Source: Candidatus Arthromitus sp. SFB-rat-Yit (GTDB lineage Bacteria > Bacillota > Clostridia > Clostridiales > Clostridiaceae). Taken from it: a stretch of DNA of 32,000 nucleotides. The notes beneath the pieces are model-generated. The model saw only the letters and a list, made by a program, of their open reading frames with translations. It did not search any database and was not told the DNA's origin. The first letter of the stretch is position 1, and every line of letters starts with the position of its first letter. Location of the stretch: contig NC_016012.1 in assembly GCF_000283555.1 (NCBI RefSeq), positions 60,001-92,000 of the forward strand, in the 5' to 3' direction. The position numbers and the translations under genes were made by a program. Of the stretch, positions 1 to 7,400 are shown one piece after another.

Positions 1-405
1 ACCAAGTTTTTTAAGATTTAATATTATATCTGCATTTTTTGTTACCTCATTAGTGTTTTCTTTAATGTGTATATCTGGATCTATTGTAATAAAAGCTATT
101 TTATTTTTTTTAGCATATGAATTGAGATAAGAAGTAAATTCATCTAAAATTGAAAAGTTTGTATAATCACATATAAAACCACGAGGTATATATGCAATAT
201 TTTTATTTAATATTGGTAATTTTCTTATAAGCATAATACATGATAAAACAATATTATTTTTATTATCTAATCCTATTATTGATTTACTTGTCCACTCTTT
301 TTTAAAACTTCCCCAATATGTAGTTTGAAAAATATGCCCTTTAGGAGAATTAAATGAAAATTTATTTAATTCTTCAGAGCTACCTTCTTTAAAGCTATAA
401 GTCAT
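1..405 (-). CDS. FemAB/MurM-family peptidoglycan interpeptide-bridge aminoacyltransferase, N-terminal 135 codons (gene continues past the left edge)
   Basis: Hand translation of the minus strand from ATG 405..403 gives MTYSFKEGSSEELNKFSFNSPKGHIFQTTYWGSFKKEWTSKSIIGLDNKNNIVLSCIMLIRKLPILNKNIAYIPRGF..., open to position 1. GGAAGGAG lies 7 nt upstream. The F-Q-x-x-x-W...K..W...Y-I-P-R-G pattern is typical of FemAB N-termini. The gene is not in the ORF track because it has no stop within the window. Confidence 0.7.
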   Translation of the reverse strand, partial: MTYSFKEGSSEELNKFSFNSPKGHIFQTTYWGSFKKEWTSKSIIGLDNKNNIVLSCIMLIRKLPILNKNIAYIPRGFICDYTNFSILDEFTSYLNSYAKKNKIAFITIDPDIHIKENTNEVTKNADIILNLKKLG

Positions 406-521
406 TTAAGAACTCCTTCCAACTATACTCAGTTAATAGTATATAGTAAAAAAAAAACATTTTCAATAAAAGGGAATTATAATATAATCTTTATGAATTA
501 ATTTATATGAGAGGATTTTAT

Positions 522-1352
522 ATGGGTTTATATATAATAGGAACTCCAATAGGAAATATGAAAGATATTACTTATAGAGCTATAGAGATACTTAATGAAT
601 GTGATGTTATATTATGTGAAGATACAAGGTGTTCTCTTAAACTTTTAAATTATTATGGTATAAAGAAAAAGTTAATATCTTATCATAAGTTTAATGAATT
701 TAAAATTTTAGATAGGATTATATTAGATATTAAATGTGGTAATAAATATGGAATTATAAGTGATGCGGGTATGCCTTGCATAAGTGATCCAGGTCAAATT
801 CTCGTTAATAAATGTATAGAAGAAGGAATACATGTAGATGTTATACCGGGAGCTTGTGCGGTTATAAATGGGAAAATATTAAGTGGATTTTATAATGAGA
901 TGTTTACGTTTATAGGTTTTCTTCCAAAGGAATCTAAAAAGTTAAGAGATAAAATAAACTTAATTAAAAATATTAAAACAGTTCTTGTAATCTATGAATC
1001 GCCACATAGACTTATAAAGACTTTGAATATACTTGGAGATGAGTTTGGTAGGGAAACTTCTATATATATAGGAAGAGAATTGACAAAGATGTTTGAAGAG
1101 AATTTTAGAGGTACAATTGATGATTCAATAAAATATTTTTCAAATGACAAAATTAGGGGGGAATATGTAATTTGTATAGAAAATAATGAAAAGATTGAAG
1201 TCATAGAAGATATTCAAATAATAGAAGAGTTTATAAAAAATAGGAATCTAGGGATAACAAATAAAGATAATATAAATAAGATATGTAATGAATATGGTAT
1301 AAAGAAAAATTATGTATATAAATTGGTTACAAAAGAAATCAACCTCACATAA
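522..1352 (+). CDS. rsmI: 16S rRNA (cytidine1402-2'-O)-methyltransferase RsmI
   Basis: Track ORF 507..1352. I start it at ATG 522 because GAGAGGA (509-515) lies 6 nt upstream. MGLYIIGTPIGN...DVILCEDTR...SDAGMPCISDPG is the RsmI/tetrapyrrole-methylase-fold signature. Confidence 0.93.
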   Translation: MGLYIIGTPIGNMKDITYRAIEILNECDVILCEDTRCSLKLLNYYGIKKKLISYHKFNEFKILDRIILDIKCGNKYGIISDAGMPCISDPGQILVNKCIEEGIHVDVIPGACAVINGKILSGFYNEMFTFIGFLPKESKKLRDKINLIKNIKTVLVIYESPHRLIKTLNILGDEFGRETSIYIGRELTKMFEENFRGTIDDSIKYFSNDKIRGEYVICIENNEKIEVIEDIQIIEEFIKNRNLGITNKDNINKICNEYGIKKNYVYKLVTKEINLT

Positions 1353-1369
1353 ATTTTAAAGTGAGGTTG
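1340..1369. terminator. Hairpin between convergent rsmI and abrB (CAACCTCAC-12 nt-GTGAGGTTG)
   Basis: A perfect 9-bp GC-containing stem read directly. On the minus strand it follows the abrB stop and precedes ATTTCTTTTG. The 12-nt loop is large and there is no good T-run on the plus strand. Confidence 0.5.
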
Positions 1370-1373
1370 TGTA

Positions 1374-1616
1374 TCATACATTATTTATTTCTAATAAACA
1401 ATTATTACATATATTTTTGTCCTTAAACGTAGTTATGTCTTTAGAGTTACCACAAAATACACACGCTGGTTCATATTTTTTAAGAATTATGTGATTTCTA
1501 TCTACATATATTTCCAGTGAATCCTTCTCACCTATATCAAGTGTTCTTCTAAGTTCTATTGGAATAACAATACGTCCTAGTTCATCTACTTTTCTAACAA
1601 CACCAGTTGATTTCAT
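1374..1616 (-). CDS. abrB: Transition-state regulator AbrB (SpoVT/AbrB swapped-hairpin DNA-binding protein)
   Basis: 80 aa. MKSTGVVRKVDELGRIVIPIELRRTLDI matches the AbrB N-domain pattern. GGGAGGA lies 5 nt upstream of the ATG. Confidence 0.95.
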   Translation of the reverse strand: MKSTGVVRKVDELGRIVIPIELRRTLDIGEKDSLEIYVDRNHIILKKYEPACVFCGNSKDITTFKDKNICNNCLLEINNV

Positions 1617-1664
1617 GTAAATCCTCCCAAACTAAATAATTTTTACCTATCAACTATAAACATA

Positions 1665-1693
1665 AATATACATTTTTTTAAAATAATTGTCAA
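1665..1693 (-). promoter_or_regulatory. Sigma-A-type promoter for abrB: TTGACA (1693..1688), 17 nt spacer, TATATT (1670..1665)
   Basis: Read on the minus strand. The -35 is a perfect consensus, the spacer is exactly 17 nt and the -10 matches 5 of 6. It lies about 50 nt upstream of the abrB start. Confidence 0.6.
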
Positions 1694-1720
1694 CATTTTA
1701 CAATACAAAAAATGACAAAA

Positions 1721-1749
1721 AAAGACTATATCTTAAAGATATAGTCTTT
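1721..1749 (-). terminator. Rho-independent terminator of the HesB-like gene
   Basis: AAAGACTATATCT / AGATATAGTCTTT forms a perfect 13-bp stem with a 3-nt loop. It abuts the TAA at 1752..1750 and is followed on the minus strand by a T-run (revcomp of 1711-1722). Confidence 0.75.
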
Positions 1750-2040
1750 TTAACATGATGAATGTTTAGATTTAACCTTAAAAGTTGTTCCTATAAAATT
1801 TTTGGAATGAGATATTGTAGATTCATCTAAAAATTCTTCAAATTCATTATCAACAACTATAGTTAAATCATTTACATTAACGATAATATCATTAGCATTT
1901 ATTTGTTCATCCAGAACAATTGAAAAAGAAGGGCCTCCTCAGCCAAAGCCAGCCATATTAATCCGTATATATTTTTTAGATTTTTTTGATAATTGTGCTT
2001 TTAATAACTCACAAGTATCGTTAGAAATATTTATTTTCAT
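1750..2040 (-). CDS. HesB/IscA-like (A-type Fe-S carrier fold) protein with in-frame TGA at codon 34; candidate selenoprotein
   Basis: Hand translation from ATG 2040..2038 (GGGAGGTG 7 nt upstream) gives MKINISNDTCELLKAQLSKKSKKYIRINMAGFG-[TGA 1941..1939]-GGPSFSIVLDEQINANDIIVNVNDLTIVVDNEFEEFLDESTISHSKNFIGTTFKVKSKHSSC-TAA. The frame stays open for 62 codons after the TGA. The TGA aligns with the first ligand Cys of IscA (E. coli ...RTSGCSGMAYVLEFVDE...). A terminator follows immediately. Confidence 0.7.
1903..1919 (-). promoter_or_regulatory. Candidate bacterial SECIS hairpin (UUGUUC-UGGAU-GAACAA)
   Basis: On the minus-strand mRNA a 6-bp stem starts 19 nt after the UGA. Its 5-nt apical loop UGGAU contains GG about 25 nt downstream of the UGA, within the spacing range reported for bacterial SECIS elements. 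The stem is short and AT-rich, and the lower stem is only partly paired. Confidence 0.4.
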
Positions 2041-2801
2041 TGCAATTCACCTCCCTTCATTTTAGTATTTATAATTTGAAGATATTCATTTATGCTGATA
2101 TTAATTATAGGATAATTAGAATAATTAGCATCATCAAAATGCCACCATTCAGTATATATTGGTTTAAAACCATGTTTTATCATTATGTTTTTTAGGAGTT
2201 CTGCATTCTTTATTTGTATTTCAGATGCACCTATGTAACTCCTGTGAGCTCTATCTGAAAATTCGTCAAAACCAGTAGGCATATTTATTTCTATATCGTT
2301 TAAATCAGTCAGTGTAATATCAACAGCACATGCTCTATTATGATTAGATCCACCAGTATAGGGATTAGCTATATAGTTACTATTTGGAACTATATCCCAT
2401 AATATTTTTTGTATATAAAAGGGTCTATATGCATCCCATATTTTTATTTTGTATCCAAGTGATTTGAATTCCTCTTGAGCATTTAATAATTTTTTAAGAG
2501 TATTTTCTTGTAGTATACATGCATCAGCATCATAAAGTACTGTATGTGTAAAATTATTTTTAGAGGCATATCTAATATCTAAACTCATGTCATGATGAAA
2601 TGAATTCAATAGCTTAAGACCATTTATAGATACATCAAAATTATATAAAGATTCTGTTGTATTTTTAAAATTATTAATTGTAATCTTTTTATCAATTTGC
2701 GTTAATGAATCATATGTGTAATAAAGTCCTCCTCCTATAAGGAGAATACTAAATGATAGTATAAGTATAGACATTTTACCAATAAAATTCAATATTATCA
2801 C
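2037..2801 (-). CDS. Membrane-anchored VanX/DdpX-type D-Ala-D-Ala dipeptidase (peptidase M15D)
   Basis: The zinc and catalytic motifs are present: SNHNRACAVD (H-x6-D) and EWWHFD (E-x2-H), plus DIRYASKNNF and WDAYRP. An N-terminal hydrophobic helix (MSILILSFSILLIGGGLYY) is present. The track start is GTG 2801; TTG 2792 or ATG 2774 are alternatives. The TGA stop overlaps the ATG of the next gene (ATGA). Confidence 0.85.
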   Translation of the reverse strand: MIILNFIGKMSILILSFSILLIGGGLYYTYDSLTQIDKKITINNFKNTTESLYNFDVSINGLKLLNSFHHDMSLDIRYASKNNFTHTVLYDADACILQENTLKKLLNAQEEFKSLGYKIKIWDAYRPFYIQKILWDIVPNSNYIANPYTGGSNHNRACAVDITLTDLNDIEINMPTGFDEFSDRAHRSYIGASEIQIKNAELLKNIMIKHGFKPIYTEWWHFDDANYSNYPIINISINEYLQIINTKMKGGELQ

Positions 2802-2850
2802 CTACACATATTTTGCATAAAAAAAATAAAACTATGTAAATTACATAGCT

Positions 2851-3852
2851 TTATTTTTGATCTAATACATCATTGTAAATGTAATTTTTAAATTTATTTA
2901 CAGTTGTTTCTTTATCGAAGGTTAGATACCAAATGCCGTCTATAATCCTACCCCCATCGTCATAATCTCCTTCAAATGGAATACGTGTTTGTTCTATTGT
3001 GTATTTGTTTAAAAGTAGATTAGCACCGAGTGAAAGTATTTTATTTAAAGATAAACTAGTTTCAATTGCATCTATATTCTTTTCTAATAACTTTGATAAT
3101 TTTAATGGTGAAATAGATTGAGCTTTTTCAATCATTGCTAGTATTACTTTTCTTTGTCTTTCTGTTCTCTCGAAATCTCCATCACCAACATCTCTTATAC
3201 GCGCATATGAAAGAGCTTGAATTCCAGAAACGGTTTGAACTCCAGACTCTTTTATTAAATGTTCTCCACTAATATTTAATAAACTTTGATTTTCCTGTAT
3301 ATATTTATTTAAATTATTTATTTCAGATTTTTTAATATCTAATTCAATTCCACCTAAATCATCTATAATAGTAGGTAAATTGAAAAAATCTACTGAAACA
3401 TAATCTTCTACATTCATGTTAAAGGTATTGTTAATTGTTTTTAGAGATAATGCAGGTCCTCCATAAAAATATGCATGGTTTAATTTATCTTTTCCAATGC
3501 CATCTATGGTTATATAAATATCCCTCATAACAGATGTAAGTTTAATTTTTTTTCTTGATGTATCAATTGTAACAAGCATTATTGCATCAGATCTTGGTAT
3601 TTCATTTTTATCCCTTCTATCTAATCCGAATACAGCAAAAGTTACGATTTTGTTATCTGAAAAATCTATATCTGTTGATGGATTGGATAATCCTATAGAA
3701 TTTCTATCTAGTTGATTTTCTGGAGCAATTTTCGATAAAAGTTTTAAGCTCTTGCCTGTAAAAAATCCACCTACAAATAAAACAAAAACAATAATTAAGT
3801 ATATTGATATACGGATCATCTTCTTAGTATCATTTGAAATATTATTAAACAT
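2851..3852 (-). CDS. LytR-CpsA-Psr (LCP) family cell-wall glycopolymer ligase, paralog 1
   Basis: An N-terminal TM anchor is followed by FAVFGLDRRD...RSDAIMLVTID...LTSVMRDIYI...KLNHAYFYGG...SYARIRDVGDGDFERTERQRKV, which is the LCP domain pattern. GAGGT RBS. Confidence 0.9.
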   Translation of the reverse strand: MFNNISNDTKKMIRISIYLIIVFVLFVGGFFTGKSLKLLSKIAPENQLDRNSIGLSNPSTDIDFSDNKIVTFAVFGLDRRDKNEIPRSDAIMLVTIDTSRKKIKLTSVMRDIYITIDGIGKDKLNHAYFYGGPALSLKTINNTFNMNVEDYVSVDFFNLPTIIDDLGGIELDIKKSEINNLNKYIQENQSLLNISGEHLIKESGVQTVSGIQALSYARIRDVGDGDFERTERQRKVILAMIEKAQSISPLKLSKLLEKNIDAIETSLSLNKILSLGANLLLNKYTIEQTRIPFEGDYDDGGRIIDGIWYLTFDKETTVNKFKNYIYNDVLDQK

Positions 3853-3925
3853 TTGACTTACCTCTAATTAATCAATTAATTGTTAAAGTATATCACAAAT
3901 AGATTAAAAATAAAAATTATATACT

Positions 3926-4975
3926 TTATATACCAAGTATAAATTTTCTTAATATCTTTGACTTCCTAAAAATTAATTTACTTATAATAATAGGAGAGAA
4001 TCCAGCTAAGAATGATATTATAACTACAATATTATAATTTAAATTTAATAATTGAAGTAATAGTATTCTTACAAATATTTGAGCAAACCAAGATAACAAA
4101 TATATGTCGAAACTGTATTTATTTAGAGTATTAAATACATTTGATATTAGCTTAATATCTCTAAATTTAAAAAATAATATACATATTGTATAGGAAACAT
4201 ATATTCCTAATAAACTTTTTAAAATAAATAAAATATTTGTTAAATATTTAGAAAATATATTCAATGAATTAAAATCAATGTTAAAATTCATTAAGAATAT
4301 TATAAATGGTATCACTATAAATAGTTTATTTTTAAGTTTATTTATATTGATATTTAAAATTTTATCTCTGTAATTCATATACAAGGGGTGTATATATAAA
4401 CCTATAAAGAAAAATATAGCATATTTTAATAAAGTAGATATACCTAAAATTTCTATATTGTATATATTGAGTATTGATGTAAAAAGTAGCAACGATAGAA
4501 CTATGTATTTATTTATCTTTATTAATATTGGTGTAATTAAAAATATAAAAAATAGCACATATATAAACCAAAAAAATATTATAGGGTTGTTCCAAGGTAA
4601 AAATAATATATCTTTTATGATTTCTGATAATACTATAGGTCTTTCTGAAAATTTATTTAAAATAAGTTTTATGGGTATGGTTAAAGTGCTTATTATAAAG
4701 TATGGTATCATTAATCTCTTAAATTTAGAAAAGATAAATTCTTTATAACTTTTTAATGAATTTATTTTAAAGGCTTTATTTGCAAAAAAACCAGATATTA
4801 TAAAAAAAAGTGGCATATGGAATGAATAAATAAGAGAATGAATGTAATTATATACTGGAATATTTATATCTTTGATGTATGGAAACGAATGACCTAGCAC
4901 AACTAAAGTTATACCAATAGCTCTTAGATAATTGAATTCAGTTAGATTTTTATTTGATTGTTTTTCTGATATCAT
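3926..4975 (-). CDS. Acyltransferase family 3 integral membrane protein (probable glycan O-acetyltransferase)
   Basis: 349 aa and polytopic. FNYLRAIGITLVVLGHS is the acyltransferase-3 N-terminal motif with the conserved His. AAGGAGA RBS. Confidence 0.8.
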   Translation of the reverse strand: MISEKQSNKNLTEFNYLRAIGITLVVLGHSFPYIKDINIPVYNYIHSLIYSFHMPLFFIISGFFANKAFKINSLKSYKEFIFSKFKRLMIPYFIISTLTIPIKLILNKFSERPIVLSEIIKDILFLPWNNPIIFFWFIYVLFFIFLITPILIKINKYIVLSLLLFTSILNIYNIEILGISTLLKYAIFFFIGLYIHPLYMNYRDKILNININKLKNKLFIVIPFIIFLMNFNIDFNSLNIFSKYLTNILFILKSLLGIYVSYTICILFFKFRDIKLISNVFNTLNKYSFDIYLLSWFAQIFVRILLLQLLNLNYNIVVIISFLAGFSPIIISKLIFRKSKILRKFILGI

Positions 4976-5145
4976 TAAAATGTCTCCTTTAAATTAATCA
5001 CTTTAAACATAATGTTTATTTTAAACTAATTGGTTTATTTTTTGCATAAAATCATAAAAAATATTAGTATTTTTATGAAATTTAATTTATTTTTTATTAT
5101 AATAGAGAATACTAGGATTAAATGGAAAAAAATAGGAGTGAATTT

Positions 5146-6261
5146 ATGAATATTGCTTTAGTGCATGACTGGTTACCATTTATGGGAGGAGCTGAAAGAG
5201 TTATTACTAATTTTTTAGAATTATTCAAAAATGCTCCGATATATACAAGTGTTTATAATAAGGATAGGTTAGAGGGTATACTTAAGGATGCGAATATATA
5301 TGGCTCCTTTCTGCAAAAATTCAGATCTGCACGTAAGGATCATAGAAAGTTTTTGCCATTAATGCCAACAGCGTTTGAAACATTTGATTTGAATAAATAT
5401 GATGTCGTATTAAGTAGTAGCTCATCTTGTGCTAAAGGTATTGTAACAAATCCAAATACTTGCCATATTTGTTATTGTCATTCGCCTATGAGGTATGGAT
5501 GGGAATTTTATTATGAATACATAGAAAATTCAGGTAAATTTAAAAGGTTCATTACAAAATATATAATGAACTATATGAGGATTTGGGATAATGTTTCGTC
5601 AGATAGGGTAGATTACTTTATTGCTAATTCTAAAAATGTAGCTAATAGAATTTGGAAACATTATAGACGAGATAGCGTTGTTATACATCCACCTGTAAGA
5701 AGTAGATTTTTTGAGGTGTGTGATAAAAAACAAGATTATTTTTTGATTGTATCAAGACTTCAAGAATATAAGAAGGTAGATTTAGCTATTGAAGTTTTTA
5801 ATGAGCTTAATATGCCGTTAATAATTATAGGTGAGGGTCCGTTGAAAGAAAAATTAGTTAAGAAAGTTAAACATGATAATATAAAATTTCTAGGAAGGCA
5901 ATCGGATGATGTTGTTAAAAAATATTATAGAGAGGCTAGAGCGTTTTTATTTCCAGGAGAAGAAGATTTTGGGATAACATCATTAGAGGCACAATGTAGT
6001 GGAACCCCAGTTATAGCATATGGAAAAGGAGGAGCTTTGGAAACTGTTGTTCATGAAAAAACAGGTTTGTTTTTTTATGATCAAACAATAAGTTCTCTAA
6101 AATCAGCTATAAATGAATTTTGTAAGATGGAATTTAATTCTGAAGAAATAAGGGTTCATGCCGAAAAATTTGATGAAGAAATTTTTAAGTTCAAGATAAG
6201 CAATTTTGTATATGATAAAGTAGAAGAATTTAAGAATAACAAAAAATGGATAGTTTTGTAA
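5146..6261 (+). CDS. Glycosyltransferase family 4 (GT-B, Glycos_transf_1)
   Basis: Track ORF 5122..6261. I start it at ATG 5146 (AGGAG 6 nt upstream), giving MNIALVHDWLPFMGGAERV. The C-terminal EEDFGITSLEAQCSGTPVIAYGKGGALETV is the GT4 E-x7-E region. Confidence 0.9.
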   Translation: MNIALVHDWLPFMGGAERVITNFLELFKNAPIYTSVYNKDRLEGILKDANIYGSFLQKFRSARKDHRKFLPLMPTAFETFDLNKYDVVLSSSSSCAKGIVTNPNTCHICYCHSPMRYGWEFYYEYIENSGKFKRFITKYIMNYMRIWDNVSSDRVDYFIANSKNVANRIWKHYRRDSVVIHPPVRSRFFEVCDKKQDYFLIVSRLQEYKKVDLAIEVFNELNMPLIIIGEGPLKEKLVKKVKHDNIKFLGRQSDDVVKKYYREARAFLFPGEEDFGITSLEAQCSGTPVIAYGKGGALETVVHEKTGLFFYDQTISSLKSAINEFCKMEFNSEEIRVHAEKFDEEIFKFKISNFVYDKVEEFKNNKKWIVL

Positions 6262-6289
6262 AAATATACATTAAATTGGGAGAAGACAT

Positions 6290-7399
6290 ATGATTTTATT
6301 TAATGCACTTCAAAAATCTATTAGTGCAGGTATTGGTAGATATAGCTTTGAATTATCTAAAGAGTTATATTTACAATTAAAAGATGACATTAAGATTATA
6401 GTACGAGAAGAGGATGTTAAAGATTATAGATTCGTTGACTCAAAATCCCTAATAATTTTCAGAAATATAAAAAACTCTAAAGATCGCAATTTATTTGAAC
6501 AGATATATATACCGAAGCTTGTTTCTGAAAAATATAAAGGTAGTATAATACATTATCCAGACAGTATAGCTCCTTTATTTTTAAACAGTAGTAAAATAGT
6601 AATAACAGTACATGATTTAGCTTTTAAAATATTAACTGGTGTTTTTACTAATAAAACCTTGATTTGGAAAAATATTATGACCAATTTTTCAGTCAAAAAA
6701 GCTAATCGAATAATATCGATAACAAATTTTACAAAAAAAGAGTTGATTAAACATTACAGTGGTATAGATAAAAAAATAGATCTCGTTTACAATGGGTTTA
6801 ATAGTTTGAGTAATAGTAATATATGCGATAAAAATATTTCTGATAAAATATTGAATTTAGGTACACAAAAATACATATTAACTGTCAGCACAATTTCCCC
6901 TCGAAAGAATATAGATACACTTATAAAAGCTTTTAATAAAATGGATGATATACAAAATATTAAATTAGTTATTGCTGGAGTTAATGGGTGGATGTATGAA
7001 TATGTTCACAAATTAGTTTTAGAGTTAAATATTTCTGACAGAGTTATTTTTACGGGAAGAGTAAATGATGATGAGCTGAAATTTTTGTATAAAAATGCTA
7101 GTGTGTTTGTTTATCCATCTATTTATGAAGGATTTGGATTACCACCCCTTGAAGCTATGAGTTATGGGATTAGAACTATTGTTTCGGATGTAGAATGTCT
7201 TAGAGAGGTTTTAGGTGAATCGGTAGATTACTTTCCTTCAAAAGATTACATATATCTTTCCAAAATGTTAAATGAAATTTTAAAATTAAAGGATCAAAAT
7301 AAATCTTATGATTATAGTTGTACGTTAAATAAATATTCATGGAGAAAATGTGCAAGTGATACAATTAAGGTGTATAATGAGGTTATGAAAGGGGTTTAA
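6290..7399 (+). CDS. Glycosyltransferase family 4 (GT-B)
   Basis: SIYEGFGLPPLEAMSYGIRTIVSDVECLREVLG is the GT4 E-x7-E motif. Tightly spaced after the preceding GT gene. Confidence 0.9.
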   Translation: MILFNALQKSISAGIGRYSFELSKELYLQLKDDIKIIVREEDVKDYRFVDSKSLIIFRNIKNSKDRNLFEQIYIPKLVSEKYKGSIIHYPDSIAPLFLNSSKIVITVHDLAFKILTGVFTNKTLIWKNIMTNFSVKKANRIISITNFTKKELIKHYSGIDKKIDLVYNGFNSLSNSNICDKNISDKILNLGTQKYILTVSTISPRKNIDTLIKAFNKMDDIQNIKLVIAGVNGWMYEYVHKLVLELNISDRVIFTGRVNDDELKFLYKNASVFVYPSIYEGFGLPPLEAMSYGIRTIVSDVECLREVLGESVDYFPSKDYIYLSKMLNEILKLKDQNKSYDYSCTLNKYSWRKCASDTIKVYNEVMKGV

Positions 7400-7400
7400 G

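Noticed and set aside
1617-1720. Spo0A boxes (TGTCGAA-like) in the abrB promoter region, as in Bacillus.
   Set aside because: Only loose resemblances are present (TTGTCAT, and TGACAAT overlapping the -35). There is no good match to TGNCGAA, so I cannot support a call from sequence alone.
1939-1941. The in-frame TGA interpreted as Trp or Gly under an alternative genetic code (table 4 or 25).
   Set aside because: Several well-supported genes in the same window end at TGA at the expected protein length (the M15D dipeptidase, the Ctp protease, the GH89 gene). TGA is therefore a normal stop in this genome.
1750-2040. The HesB-like region as a simple pseudogene inactivated by a nonsense mutation.
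   Set aside because: Not fully excluded, but disfavoured. The stop is specifically TGA and sits exactly at the conserved ligand-Cys codon. The downstream 62 codons remain open with family-like sequence. The RBS, translational coupling and terminator are all intact. It is kept as a selenoprotein candidate pending a check for sel genes.
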